From a virus: a stretch of 64,000 nt of DNA. Each line of letters starts with the position of its first letter. Positions within the stretch are counted from its first letter, which is position 1. The stretch spans positions 2,396 to 66,395 of IMG/VR virus record IMGVR_UViG_3300042332_000965; one strand, 5' to 3'. Shown piece after piece: positions 9,734-20,261 of this stretch. The position numbers and the translations under genes are program-made. The notes below the pieces were generated by a model that did no database searches, was not told the DNA's origin, and worked only from the letters and a program-made list of their open reading frames with translations.

Positions 9734-10173
9734 GAATCTGTCTACTTATCCTAGTTTGTTTATCTCTAGGTTGCAAAGCAACCCTAGAAGTTCCCTCGTT
9801 CCAGCCAGCGGTGCTTGATGCTCCTCTGACTATCGAGAGAGACTTTTCGTCCTCAGGTGAATCCGCAGGGAGCGTAGCTCCCGAGGAAGTTGTGGAGCCT
9901 GAGCAAGCTGCTACACCCGTTGTAGAGCCTGATGAGCCTGTTAAGGCTCCAGTAAAGCGTAACACGCTTATCCAGTATACTATCAAGAACTGCCGCTGGT
10001 GCTTTTATGACCGAGAAAAGGTTATTCCCAACTGGGTCAAGAAAGGCTGGAAGTTCCCAGAGCCTGTTGACGAGTCGGCTAATCCTCGGGGTCAATACCC
10101 TCGCTATGAGATCTACGACGCCAACGGCAATATGACTAAGCACGAAGGCTCCCTAATCAGCTTGAAACCATAA
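9730..10173 (+). CDS. lipoprotein with thioredoxin/glutaredoxin-like CxxC domain
   Basis: Lipobox-like LSLGC; YTIKNCRWC motif and YP cis-Pro-like motif. Confidence 0.55.
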   Translation: MRICLLILVCLSLGCKATLEVPSFQPAVLDAPLTIERDFSSSGESAGSVAPEEVVEPEQAATPVVEPDEPVKAPVKRNTLIQYTIKNCRWCFYDREKVIPNWVKKGWKFPEPVDESANPRGQYPRYEIYDANGNMTKHEGSLISLKP

Positions 10174-10556
10174 TGGCAATCACCGAAGACGACGTAACCC
10201 GAATCATTGCTTTCGATACGGACAGGATTCCAGAAGTCCAGCCGTTTATCGACGATGCTGTATTGATGCTAACGAACATCATCGGCACCGCCTTGGATTC
10301 AGCTACGTTCGATTTGGTTACCCGCTACATGGCAGCCCACTTAATCGCTGTTAGCGATCCTAGGGTTAACATGGAGAAGGTTAAGAGCTTGCAAGTGCGA
10401 TACGACACCAAGCTAGATAGTGGCTTAGGAATCACGCATTTCGGTACGATGGCTATGTCGCTGGATTCCAGTGGCAAGCTGTCCAGATGGAATCGCCAAG
10501 TCACCTCAGGTGAAGGACTCAAGCAGTTCTTCTGGGCAGGAGAGACCGTCGTATAA
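10173..10556 (+). CDS. head-tail connector/adaptor protein
   Basis: FIDDA...RYMAAHL...THFG.MA.SLD pattern; position before neck genes. Confidence 0.7.
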   Translation: MAITEDDVTRIIAFDTDRIPEVQPFIDDAVLMLTNIIGTALDSATFDLVTRYMAAHLIAVSDPRVNMEKVKSLQVRYDTKLDSGLGITHFGTMAMSLDSSGKLSRWNRQVTSGEGLKQFFWAGETVV

Positions 10557-10903
10557 TGCAGATCATCAGCAAGGTACAAAGAGACTACTTGATTTACTGG
10601 GCATACTCCGGAGCTAATCGCTACGGAGAACCTACCTATGCGGCTCCAGTACAGATGAAATGTCGATGGGATGACTGCCGAAAGCAGGTGTTCATGGAAG
10701 ACGGCTCGCCTGTTTTCACCAAGATCGAGCTAATAACAGCGACCGCTCTAGCGGTCAAGGGATTGGTTAAGAAAGGGAGGCTGACAGCCTCCATAGACCA
10801 AGCAGTTCCGAAAAACAATGCGGACGTACACGAAATCGTTCAAGCTGAAATAACGCCAATGTTTACCAACAGAACCGTCTACCTATACGAGGCTTACGCA
10901 TAA
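10556..10903 (+). CDS. head closure/stopper protein
   Basis: NRYGEPTYAAPV...CRW pattern, position after adaptor. Confidence 0.65.
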   Translation: MQIISKVQRDYLIYWAYSGANRYGEPTYAAPVQMKCRWDDCRKQVFMEDGSPVFTKIELITATALAVKGLVKKGRLTASIDQAVPKNNADVHEIVQAEITPMFTNRTVYLYEAYA

Positions 10904-11169
10904 TGACCGACCAAACAATGCAATTCATCCTAAACAACGGCGTAGCCGTTGCTACGCTTGTCGCCGTGGGTTTCGGGCTCTATTTGATATGCAAAGCTGC
11001 TGTCCGGGGCTTGGATAAGCTGTTCGTGCACGTTTTGGTGCCGATAAAAGATGCAGTCCTAAAACACCTAGCCGACGTATCAGAGTATCTCCAAAAAACC
11101 ACCACAGCCATCGATTCGCTCCAATGTACATTGGAGAAGATCGACAAAAAGCTACCTGACGGCAAATGA
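10903..11169 (+). CDS. small membrane protein (holin-like)
   Basis: N-terminal TM helix plus C-terminal coiled coil. Confidence 0.5.
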   Translation: MTDQTMQFILNNGVAVATLVAVGFGLYLICKAAVRGLDKLFVHVLVPIKDAVLKHLADVSEYLQKTTTAIDSLQCTLEKIDKKLPDGK

Positions 11170-11558
11170 AAATCAAGCTCAAGATAGAAGGTATCCCTAA
11201 GCTAGAAAAGGGGATGAGGACACAGAATAAAGCATACGCTAAGGCGTTTGCTGGTATCCTCCCCACAATAGCTAGGGAGATTCTAGCTGAATCCATACCT
11301 ATGGCCCCGATCGACACGGGGGCCTTACGGGCTTCGGGGGATTACTATGTGGAAGGTACCGGCTGGGATGCTGTAGCCGTGGTCGGCTACGGATTTCCAG
11401 TATCAGGGTTTTTCAAGGGTAACGTAGAGCGAAATCCATCAGAATACGCTGTCTATCAGCACGATGAGCCCTACGAACAGAAATATCTGGAATACGCTAT
11501 CGAAAACAAATTCGATGACATCGGCTTTCTATTTTGGCAGGAGATAGCTCGGGCATGA
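11166..11558 (+). CDS. neck/tail completion protein (HK97 gp10-like)
   Basis: APIDTGALRAS, YAVYQHD, KYLE motifs. Confidence 0.75.
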   Translation: MKIKLKIEGIPKLEKGMRTQNKAYAKAFAGILPTIAREILAESIPMAPIDTGALRASGDYYVEGTGWDAVAVVGYGFPVSGFFKGNVERNPSEYAVYQHDEPYEQKYLEYAIENKFDDIGFLFWQEIARA

Positions 11559-11971
11559 CAACCACTACAACCCCTGCGCCAATGCTCAGCACGGCTGACC
11601 TCATGGCGACAGTCATCTACTCCAAAGCTACCCAGCTCGGTTTCACCGTGTATGTAAATCACATGCAGGACCAGCCGGATAAAGCCATTCTAGTCCGAGA
11701 TGTTAAGGGCAAATTAGACGAACGATCGATGCGTGGAACGCATTCTGGCCGCGATGGGGTAGAGATCCAGGTACGTGCTTATTCGCACGCAGAGGCAGGG
11801 AACGTCCTCCCGGTTCTCTGGGAGGACGTTCTGAAGGGCGTAAATGCAACCTCAGTAGCAGGCAAAATCGTGCAATGCGTCACGAAAGCTAATACAATGG
11901 GGTGCATGGGTCAAGAACCACAAACCCGCCGATGGCGGTTCATCCAAAGTTTCCTAGTAACGGTAATTTAG
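11555..11971 (+). CDS. tail terminator/minor capsid-type protein
   Basis: DQPDKAI...VEIQVRA pattern; just upstream of tail tube; ATGA overlap start. Confidence 0.65.
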   Translation: MTTTTTPAPMLSTADLMATVIYSKATQLGFTVYVNHMQDQPDKAILVRDVKGKLDERSMRGTHSGRDGVEIQVRAYSHAEAGNVLPVLWEDVLKGVNATSVAGKIVQCVTKANTMGCMGQEPQTRRWRFIQSFLVTVI

Positions 11972-11972
11972 T

Positions 11973-12428
11973 ATGTCAAATAGAATTCTACAAAATGGGT
12001 TTCGCACCCTTATCGCCATCGCAGGCATCACCGCTCAATTCGAGGAAGTTTCGGTAACCCCGATTGGCTACCAAGCAGACGATGCTGTTGAGCAAACTTC
12101 TATGCGTAACAGCAACTGGAGAACTTTCTCCGGTGGGGCCTTGCTAACGGCCACTGAAGTCAATGTCAAGGTCTTTTATGCTCCTGGAGCCCTGGAGCAG
12201 ATGCGACCTATCCTACGAAGCAATCGATTCATCACTTTGACGATGCCGGACGGTGCTATTATCACTTTCTATGCCATCGTCCAGTCGTTCGTTCCTGACG
12301 AACATACGATCAACGAAAAACCAACCGCCACTTTAGTTTTGATTCCAAGTAACCTGACGACCAGCAATCCGCCTTCGGAAATCGGTCCTGTTTACGCTAC
12401 GGGAACTACCACTACGGTAGCACCGTAA
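11973..12428 (+). CDS. major tail tube protein
   Basis: Position before chaperone and tape measure; TLTMPDGA.ITF.A.V.SF pattern. Confidence 0.75.
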   Translation: MSNRILQNGFRTLIAIAGITAQFEEVSVTPIGYQADDAVEQTSMRNSNWRTFSGGALLTATEVNVKVFYAPGALEQMRPILRSNRFITLTMPDGAIITFYAIVQSFVPDEHTINEKPTATLVLIPSNLTTSNPPSEIGPVYATGTTTTVAP

Positions 12429-12452
12429 TTCTCTTTTTAGTGCGAGAGGTTT

Positions 12453-12812
12453 ATGTTAAAAGTAAGTGTAAAGACCCGTACCCTTGATGTTGTAATCGAG
12501 AACGATAACGGAGATGAAGTCAAGTACAAGCTCCGGCAGATGACCGGAGCAGAGGCTGACGAGTACCGTTCCGTTAAAGCCAGTAAGATCGAAGTAGATA
12601 AGAACGGAGAGTTAGTCCGCATCTTGGACTACACCGGGCAATACATCGATCTACTCACCCGTACTTTAGTGACCGCAGAAGGCAAAGCCGTCCCGGTCAC
12701 TACGATCAACGCTTGGCCAGACGAAGCACTTAAAGAATTATTCCGAGAATCGGCTAAGCTCAATCGGCTTTCCGACACCGAAGACGAGGAACTCGACCCA
12801 AAAAAGTCCTAA
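12453..12812 (+). CDS. tail assembly chaperone (G)
   Basis: Between tube and tape measure; ends at slippery A AAA AAG (12800-12806). Confidence 0.8.
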   Translation: MLKVSVKTRTLDVVIENDNGDEVKYKLRQMTGAEADEYRSVKASKIEVDKNGELVRILDYTGQYIDLLTRTLVTAEGKAVPVTTINAWPDEALKELFRESAKLNRLSDTEDEELDPKKS

Positions 12813-13114
12813 CGGACGAAGAATACCTCTGGTTCCACTTAGCACATGAGCTAGGCTTGCCGTTACAGGTCGTCAAGGCATATACGCCGATCGACGAATT
12901 CGAAAAGTGGCAAGCCTATTTCTTTATGCGAAAGAACAAACGAGAGAAAATAGACTACTACTTAGCGGGTATTTCCCACATCATAGCTTGTAGTATGGGT
13001 GGATCTAAGAGCAAACTCGAAGACCATTTAATCACCTTTACCAACGAACAAAGCTACAATCCAGACGCAAGCAAGAATGCTTGGTTTACTGCCTTAGGAA
13101 TTAACCCACAATGA
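12800..13114 (+). CDS. tail assembly chaperone GT, -1 frameshift extension
   Basis: -1 shift at AAAAAAG gives ...KKVLTDEEYLWFHLAHELGLPLQ..., in frame with ORF 12857..13114, which lacks a good start of its own. Confidence 0.75.
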   Translation, partial: KKVLTDEEYLWFHLAHELGLPLQVVKAYTPIDEFEKWQAYFFMRKNKREKIDYYLAGISHIIACSMGGSKSKLEDHLITFTNEQSYNPDASKNAWFTALGINPQ

Positions 13115-15621
13115 GCGGTCCCCAACGCGAATTACCTGAATTGCATGTGAAGATCACCGGAGATTCCTCCGGTGCTGTTCAGGCTATGAAGGATGTCGCA
13201 GATGCTGCGAAAGCAGCAGATAAGACCATTAAGGCAAGTGGTAAAAAGACCACAAAGTCACAAAAAGAGCAGCTAGATCAACGCCAGCAGGACGTGCTGG
13301 ACTTCTACAAGAATACAGCTAAGCTGGTTGCCAAGGCCGATAAAGATGCCTACAAGCTCATGCCTTTTGCTAAAAAGGCCCAGAGCGAAGTCACCAAATT
13401 CCGAGCTAAAGCTAAGAAAGACCTAGAAGGTCTCAGCAAGGATATGGAAAAGGAATTTCGTAAGCAAGGCAAGCTGTTGCCTTCGTTTATGCGTATAGCT
13501 AAGAAGGGAGTTAATCGCGGGCCTGATCTCAACAGCTTAGTAGCAGACGCAGAGAAGAACCAAAAGCAAATAAACAATAAGGTGTCGCGGGATGTAAATA
13601 CATACCTAGCACACCAAAGACACGTACAAGATACGATTGCCAAGATTCGGGAGGCTAGGGCAAAGTCGGACAGGGAAGATGCTCAGGCTTCGGCTAGGAA
13701 TACAGAGCAAGTACGCAGATCTAGAGAGCGTAGCCGGAGAGATTATGATAAGTACCTTAGCGACATCAAAGCTAGAAACCAGAGAGAGGACGCCGAAGCA
13801 CATAGAGTACGTCGGCGATCAAGACAGCGTACCGCAAGGCAGCTAAGGAATAGACGCGATCAATCACACGCCTTCCAGAATTCTATACGATCTGGTATAG
13901 ATGGTGGGTCTATGATGGGTGCTAGAGCTGATATCTACATGCACCAGGATACCTTAAAGTCGATGGTAGGTATGACTCTAGGTATTCTCCAGCCATTCGC
14001 TCAAGTCGAAAACTACACAGTACAGATGGAAGCCTTCGCCGGATCGGCAGAGAAGGCAGCTTCGGTTGTGGCCGAGCTACAGCAGTTCGCTGTACAGTCG
14101 CCTTACACCCTCTCCGGGGTGCTAGAGGCGTCCACCACCATGATGAAGTATGGTGCTGAGGCCGAGGAAGCAGTTCGCTTAACGAAATTGCTGGGCAACG
14201 TAGCCGCAGGTAATACAGACAAACTGCGTTTGATGGCTCTTGCTGTGGGACAAGCACAAGCTTTAGGTAGGCTACAAGGACAAGAACTCAGGCAGATGGT
14301 CAATGCGGGCTTCAACCCGCTAACTATTGCTGCCCAAGAGCTAGCTGGACCTGGAGCATCAGACGAGGCTATCAAGCACCAGATGCAGATAATGCAGTCC
14401 GCGATGCGGGCAGGTAAGCTAGATTCGGGTATCATTGAAGCTGCCTTACAGGTCGCTACATCTAAGGGTGGAGATTTCGCGGGACTGACTGAGAAGCAAG
14501 CAGGCACTCTTTCTGGATTTGCAACGCAAATCATGGAAACCATAGACTTGCTCAAGATCGAAATAGTCAAACCGTTCGCTGATGACTTACGGGCTTTGCT
14601 AAAAGAGACCAAACGCTATGTGGATGCTTTAATAGCCTGGGCTAAAGCTAACCCAGAAGTTCTGCGGTATTGGGTCAAATTAGCTATTAGTGTAGGTAAG
14701 GCAATTATCTCGTTTAGTGCTTTGGCCCTCAGTATCGCATATATCAAGTGGATCATGGGTTCCATGCTAACTGTTATGGGACCATTGATTGGTACAATTC
14801 GATTACTCACAGCCGCCACGCAGTTGTTTGGAAGGCGAGCCGTACAGGCTTGGTTATCCGCAGTCGGTCCTATAGCTTTGCTAGGGGCAGCCCTAATCGG
14901 ACTGGGCATACTGGTAAAAGGACTGAACCACAAAGATGGTTTTGCTGGTATGTTTGGGGATGCTATGGCAGCAGCAGCTACTTTCGGTGGCTTCATGTGG
15001 AATTTCAAAGAGAACATGGCAAACATATTTACATTCATTGCCGCTAACTGGCGACTAATGATCGTGGATATGATGTCCTCCCTAATACCCTTCCGAAGCT
15101 CCATAGAGAATATGATGCTGCTTGGCGGTCTAGTGACCGGTCAGCAAGATGCAGTACGGGAAAGTATTGATGCTTTCAAGGAAACCGAACGACTTGCTTG
15201 GGGTCAGCTTGGTTATGATACTTCCATGCTCAAACTAGACGGACCTCTATCGGGAGAGGGAGCTAAGGATATGCTAAGCTTCCTAAATCCATTCCTAAAA
15301 GACGATCAACCATCGGTAATCCCGGATAAGCCGGATATAGACTTTAAGAAGTTTATAGGCACAGGGGGAGATTCAGGGATGCTGGGCAAGAATTTTACTG
15401 CTGCCCCGGACCACGCTGTTCGTGGATCATCCGAGCATGCGGTACGCATGTATGAGTATGGTGAGAAAGCAAGAGCATCCCAGATGGCTAGCAAAGAAAC
15501 GCATGAAAAGAAAACCGAGACGTTGCTATCTAAAATCGAAGCTAACACTAGACCGAAGACACCGACAATGAATGGCGGCACACTAGAGGAAGCCGGACTT
15601 AACATCGCAGGTATGCTATAA
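13111..15621 (+). CDS. tape measure protein
   Basis: 836 aa helical; FAVQSPYTL, ALAVGQAQALGRLQGQELRQMVNAG tape-measure domain; hydrophobic C-terminal half. Confidence 0.9.
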   Translation: MSGPQRELPELHVKITGDSSGAVQAMKDVADAAKAADKTIKASGKKTTKSQKEQLDQRQQDVLDFYKNTAKLVAKADKDAYKLMPFAKKAQSEVTKFRAKAKKDLEGLSKDMEKEFRKQGKLLPSFMRIAKKGVNRGPDLNSLVADAEKNQKQINNKVSRDVNTYLAHQRHVQDTIAKIREARAKSDREDAQASARNTEQVRRSRERSRRDYDKYLSDIKARNQREDAEAHRVRRRSRQRTARQLRNRRDQSHAFQNSIRSGIDGGSMMGARADIYMHQDTLKSMVGMTLGILQPFAQVENYTVQMEAFAGSAEKAASVVAELQQFAVQSPYTLSGVLEASTTMMKYGAEAEEAVRLTKLLGNVAAGNTDKLRLMALAVGQAQALGRLQGQELRQMVNAGFNPLTIAAQELAGPGASDEAIKHQMQIMQSAMRAGKLDSGIIEAALQVATSKGGDFAGLTEKQAGTLSGFATQIMETIDLLKIEIVKPFADDLRALLKETKRYVDALIAWAKANPEVLRYWVKLAISVGKAIISFSALALSIAYIKWIMGSMLTVMGPLIGTIRLLTAATQLFGRRAVQAWLSAVGPIALLGAALIGLGILVKGLNHKDGFAGMFGDAMAAAATFGGFMWNFKENMANIFTFIAANWRLMIVDMMSSLIPFRSSIENMMLLGGLVTGQQDAVRESIDAFKETERLAWGQLGYDTSMLKLDGPLSGEGAKDMLSFLNPFLKDDQPSVIPDKPDIDFKKFIGTGGDSGMLGKNFTAAPDHAVRGSSEHAVRMYEYGEKARASQMASKETHEKKTETLLSKIEANTRPKTPTMNGGTLEEAGLNIAGML

Positions 15622-16577
15622 TGACAACACCTAGACTAGTAGGCCCTCTTGCCCATCGATTCCGTAGAGACGAGGAAGGGCACAGATACTATGAAATCGA
15701 CTGGCACGTCGTTACCACTAGCCAGCATCAAAACATAGCACACATCTTAGGTAGCTGGGTGCTACCTGCGGTAGGCACACCCCTACAGTTGGGTTCGTTC
15801 TGGCCTGAATCAGTGGGCGTTGACTTATGGGCGTTTTGTACGCCCGAGCTTAACATCGCCCCACACCGGGATGTTAAAGAATATGCCGGGGTGTTTAACT
15901 GGGTGATAACCCAGTTTTGGTCTACCAAACAATCGTGGCGATGCCAGACGTTCCCGGTCGAGAATCCACTATTGGAACCAGTTCAGATTACTGGGGACTT
16001 CGTGCACGAACAAAGGACAGCCTCTGTCGATAGGTTCGGAAAGCCGCTACGACATCCTAATTTCCAACCTATATCAGGACCAGCAACGGAATACCAGTAT
16101 TCGTATCCGACAATCAACATTACGTTCAACTCGGCTACCTTACCGCTAAGCACCTATGTCAACCTGATTAACAAGCTGAACGATGCTACCCTGTGGGGCT
16201 TACCAGCCCGTAGGATCCGTTTCACGGACGCTAGGTGGGAACGAAAGGTATATGGAAACTGCTTTTTCTACTATACCACCACCTACACGTTCCAGTTCGA
16301 CATTAACGGCTTCGACCGGGAAGTACCAGCAGAAGGCACTAAGGTTTATGCTGGCTCCGGGTCGTTTGACGACCCCAATAGCTATATCCCGGCGAAATCA
16401 GATACCGACGAGAACGAAACCGTTCCGATCGATTACCTAGGCCGAAAGCTAATCTTCCTTGGCTACGACTCCGAAGGTCTGGCAGAATACGCCTATCCAC
16501 AATGGGTATCCAAGCCGGAAGTCCACGATCAAGGTAACTTACTACTTTTAGGAATCCCAACAGATCTAACGATATAA
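15621..16577 (+). CDS. tail tip/distal tail protein
   Basis: Immediately after tape measure, beta-rich, 318 aa. Confidence 0.55.
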   Translation: MTTPRLVGPLAHRFRRDEEGHRYYEIDWHVVTTSQHQNIAHILGSWVLPAVGTPLQLGSFWPESVGVDLWAFCTPELNIAPHRDVKEYAGVFNWVITQFWSTKQSWRCQTFPVENPLLEPVQITGDFVHEQRTASVDRFGKPLRHPNFQPISGPATEYQYSYPTINITFNSATLPLSTYVNLINKLNDATLWGLPARRIRFTDARWERKVYGNCFFYYTTTYTFQFDINGFDREVPAEGTKVYAGSGSFDDPNSYIPAKSDTDENETVPIDYLGRKLIFLGYDSEGLAEYAYPQWVSKPEVHDQGNLLLLGIPTDLTI

Positions 16578-16578
16578 A

Positions 16579-17052
16579 ATGGAAAAAGTATCTCTCAACC
16601 CCCAATCAGTAGTAGTGAATTCCGACCGTTGCACGGTCATTATTCGAGCAACCTACCAAGAATACGATCCAAGTAATTCAACTTCGGCGTATCACGGATT
16701 CGATTTCCTGAATCCGGCAGCGGAATCACCCTATCAAGTATCTATCAAGGTCAACCCTAGCGAGCGGAAACCGCTCCCGATTGGGCACCTGGAATGGGGC
16801 CGAGTTATGCTAATCTTGTCGAACGACAAGCCTAAGACTACTAAAGATACGCCAGAGGACTTGCGGAAAGCGATAGAATCGAATACAATCACTATAACTA
16901 ATGCTGAAGGTGACGTAGTAGGTATTTTACGGCCCCGCCGATCAAGTGTGGTAGAATACCCCTTCCCAGTGTTTGTACAAGCCAGCAACGCTACTGCGTT
17001 GCTAAGCATAACAGCTTTCCCGGTAACCAACGATGAAGAAATACCTGCTTAA
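16579..17052 (+). CDS. hypothetical tail protein
   Basis: Co-oriented ORF in tail module. Confidence 0.55.
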   Translation: MEKVSLNPQSVVVNSDRCTVIIRATYQEYDPSNSTSAYHGFDFLNPAAESPYQVSIKVNPSERKPLPIGHLEWGRVMLILSNDKPKTTKDTPEDLRKAIESNTITITNAEGDVVGILRPRRSSVVEYPFPVFVQASNATALLSITAFPVTNDEEIPA

Positions 17053-20000
17053 CGAATCTGACCGCAGAGAATTAGCTAGGCTTATAACCAAAGACAGGTC
17101 GGGTCCACCTCGACCTCTTATTCCTGAGAGCCAGAAGATCGTTATAGAGGAAGGTGACAGCTACTGGGCGTTACCTCCCTGCGAGACAGGCATACCTGCT
17201 GCGGAACGGGTTAATGGTAAGCTCCACACTGTCGGCATCCAATGCTGCTTATTCCGTCACGCCTGGGGCGCAGACGAAATGGAAGCCTTGCTCGATCCTG
17301 TAGGCAATCCGATCCGGGTAACCGTCTGGAACTACTACGAACGTCGAGAGAACGGCTTAATCCAGGTATACAAGCACAAGGACGGAACTTGGACGAACGA
17401 ACGTCCCGAAGTTATATCCTCAGCAACCAGCACGCAACCCCCAGAAGGTACTACGGTACCCCCACTACGTCCCGATCCTACTTGCCAAGGCGAGTGTTTC
17501 TGGCAAGCTAATGGTGACGCTGTGTGGCAATGGCCCACCGGAGGATGTGCCAACGCGACCACCACATCTACGACTACGACGACATCTAGCACTACGACCA
17601 CTACGACAAGCTCCCCTGGGCTCCCAGGGGGCACACGCTACCCCGAACCGCCACCGGCTACGCTAGCACCATGTACCGCAACAAAATGTACCTTGGTGTG
17701 CGTAGACACATCAACAACCCCAGCCCCAGTCGGCGGGATCGAAGTACCGTATTCACGACTACGCTACCAGCTAAAATCCGGCTCCGTATGCCCCGAGGGA
17801 TGTACTTGCTACGGTTTAGACGACCCGTGCTTCCTGGTAGATGGCGAGCTGGTATCTAGATGTATTGGTCTAGGTCCGACCACGACATCGACCACAACTC
17901 CTAGCCCGGATGCGGCCCCATGCGTACAGGCAGCCTTCATATTCGGTACTGTGCCACCACAAATATACCGAGCCGCAACTGCAAACAACGGTGCAACCGA
18001 TTGGCAGACTTGCGGTACTTGTGCTCCAGGTACTGAGCCCTTATATCCGCTTGGCGGGGAAGTATATCGCAGACACGATTGGCGGAATCTAGGTACAGTC
18101 TACGAGACGCCTTGTGTACAAGGGCCTTGCGGGTTTGCACCCGCCCCAGCCGCAGCAGATAACGCTGTTTTTGTGGCTTGGCCTTGGCAAACGCAAGTAG
18201 ACAAATGGGGATACACTACCGGAGCAACATTCTACGACAGACTCGGCAGTAGACCTAAGTTCCTAGCTAACTGGTTCTACTGCCGTAAATGTGCTGAGAA
18301 TATGCGACCAGATCTACCACCCCCAGTGTGGATCTATGAGGACGAAGCCCTGAATGCTCGGAACGGAGTATTCTTCAATCCAGACAACGGCACGTATGTC
18401 TTCCAGAGTAAGTGCATCTCAGGTTATTCCTGCGACACTTGCGGTCGGGCACCGACCCGTAGAGTTTGGGAATACCAAGGTCCGCCTACCTCAGCTCCAC
18501 CGACAACCACAGGTACCACGACCACAGGAACTACAACTACCGGTACTACGACTACAGGTACAACAACTACTGCTGCCCCTAATTGCGGCTGTATTCGTCC
18601 TGCATTCTGTCCTAGACCTTACGAATGCTTTAGAGGTCCATGCGAACGAGGCGGCGAAGTAGTCAACGGAACACCCAATCCTGCAACTACAGTTAAGCCT
18701 CCAGTACCGTGCTTCCCAGATAGTACAACTACTCTTGGACCGCCACCTACTACCATACCGCCAGGAACTACCAGTCAGCCTTATCAGTGCTATGATTCCT
18801 ATGGCAATCTATGTAACTGTGCCGGTGGCCCCGGCCCTGGAACTACACTCCCACCTACCAACACAACATCACAGCCTTGCGGCGGTACGTGCGGGCCTGG
18901 ATTGATTCTAGTCCAACTCGGTGATAAGTGTTCGGCACCTATTTGTGTGGCTACACTTCCACCACCTGATACAACCAGCCCACCTCCTCTCCCACCTTGT
19001 GGCGGGGGTTGTGTTTGGGAAGCACAAGCAGCCCCAGGCTGTAATGATCCTCCCCCGGTATGGGTATTACTATCCAACTCCTGTGCGGGTGGAAGTATAT
19101 GTAGCTGCGATGCACCGGGAGCCCCTGGAGCTTGTGGAGCTATAAAATTTACCGGATGCACAGAGAGAGATCCACCACAACCACCTCCAACCACATTACC
19201 ACCGCTACCGTGTTCGTGTTGTAGACCTACTACAACTGCTAACCCATGTAATACAGGTAACTGTAGATACGCATCGAACTCCAGTAACGGGTGGACATTG
19301 GTATCCAATACCTGCCGTAATAATTGCCCTTGTCCAGATCCAGGCGGTTTACCGCCCCCTGGCAATACATGCAGTTCATTCAATCTACCTTGCGGTCACG
19401 TACTGCCACCTACTTCACCCCCACCAACGACTACTGGTACCACAACTACTGGTAATCCGATGGGTTGCTGCTCCTTTGCTGCAACAGGTGGTGGATGCTA
19501 CCAATCCTCCAGATCGGCTTGCTTGGCTTCAGGCGGACAACATAGTGTTGATAGGGTTTGTACTCGTTTGGGCGACGGTAATTTATACTGCATACAATCC
19601 ACAACCACGACTACTGGTGCCCCTGGATGCTGTTTGTATAATTTAGGTAGAAATGGTTATCTAGGGTGTGCGGTCGTTACTCGCGATCACTGTATAGCAG
19701 CATACTCCGGTACCTGGACAGCCAACGCTTCCTGCCAAACCATTGACGCACGAACAGGCGAAAAGGCATGTCAAGGAGCAACCACGACAACCGTAGGACC
19801 GCTTCGCGGTGCCTGCTGCTTCCTGTATGCTGGCTCAGGTACTTATAGTTGCATGGAAGGATCCACCGACGCCGGTTGTGCCGGTCTAGGTGGTATATTC
19901 TATGTCAATACAAGCTGCCTAAGTAATCCATGTCCTCCAGGTACATCAACATCCACTAGTACGACAACGACTACGCTCGCACCGTGTCCATGCCCGTATC

Positions 20001-20254
20001 TAGATTGTTCGTGCCCTTCGGCATTAGGGGCAAGCCCTTCCTGTGCTCCTCCTGCCACATGGAATTGCACGATTTGTGGATGTGCAACCACTGTACCACC
20101 TACGACGACTACTGGTGCTCCCCTAGGTAAGTGCTGTGTCGGTACTAGCTGTTCTGACGTAACAGCAGCCGCTTGCTCTGCTGCTGGAGGTACTTGGAGC
20201 GGGGCAGGCACATTCTGCAATCCTATGGATCCATGTGGTCCTGGCGGCCCATAA
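17033..20254 (+). CDS. Cys/Thr/Pro-rich mucin-like putative tail fibre/adhesin
   Basis: 1073 aa; poly-Thr and TTTGT linkers alternate with small Cys-rich modules (GxCxW, G[AKC]CC...C...GGxW...C); tail-fibre position. Confidence 0.65.
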   Translation: MKKYLLNESDRRELARLITKDRSGPPRPLIPESQKIVIEEGDSYWALPPCETGIPAAERVNGKLHTVGIQCCLFRHAWGADEMEALLDPVGNPIRVTVWNYYERRENGLIQVYKHKDGTWTNERPEVISSATSTQPPEGTTVPPLRPDPTCQGECFWQANGDAVWQWPTGGCANATTTSTTTTTSSTTTTTTSSPGLPGGTRYPEPPPATLAPCTATKCTLVCVDTSTTPAPVGGIEVPYSRLRYQLKSGSVCPEGCTCYGLDDPCFLVDGELVSRCIGLGPTTTSTTTPSPDAAPCVQAAFIFGTVPPQIYRAATANNGATDWQTCGTCAPGTEPLYPLGGEVYRRHDWRNLGTVYETPCVQGPCGFAPAPAAADNAVFVAWPWQTQVDKWGYTTGATFYDRLGSRPKFLANWFYCRKCAENMRPDLPPPVWIYEDEALNARNGVFFNPDNGTYVFQSKCISGYSCDTCGRAPTRRVWEYQGPPTSAPPTTTGTTTTGTTTTGTTTTGTTTTAAPNCGCIRPAFCPRPYECFRGPCERGGEVVNGTPNPATTVKPPVPCFPDSTTTLGPPPTTIPPGTTSQPYQCYDSYGNLCNCAGGPGPGTTLPPTNTTSQPCGGTCGPGLILVQLGDKCSAPICVATLPPPDTTSPPPLPPCGGGCVWEAQAAPGCNDPPPVWVLLSNSCAGGSICSCDAPGAPGACGAIKFTGCTERDPPQPPPTTLPPLPCSCCRPTTTANPCNTGNCRYASNSSNGWTLVSNTCRNNCPCPDPGGLPPPGNTCSSFNLPCGHVLPPTSPPPTTTGTTTTGNPMGCCSFAATGGGCYQSSRSACLASGGQHSVDRVCTRLGDGNLYCIQSTTTTTGAPGCCLYNLGRNGYLGCAVVTRDHCIAAYSGTWTANASCQTIDARTGEKACQGATTTTVGPLRGACCFLYAGSGTYSCMEGSTDAGCAGLGGIFYVNTSCLSNPCPPGTSTSTSTTTTTLAPCPCPYLDCSCPSALGASPSCAPPATWNCTICGCATTVPPTTTTGAPLGKCCVGTSCSDVTAAACSAAGGTWSGAGTFCNPMDPCGPGGP

Positions 20255-20261
20255 TAACCTC

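Noticed and set aside
18490-19460. Diversity-generating retroelement or DNA tandem repeat in the fibre gene
   Set aside because: Repeats are codon-degenerate Thr/Gly runs; no reverse transcriptase and no TR/VR pair differing at adenines was seen.
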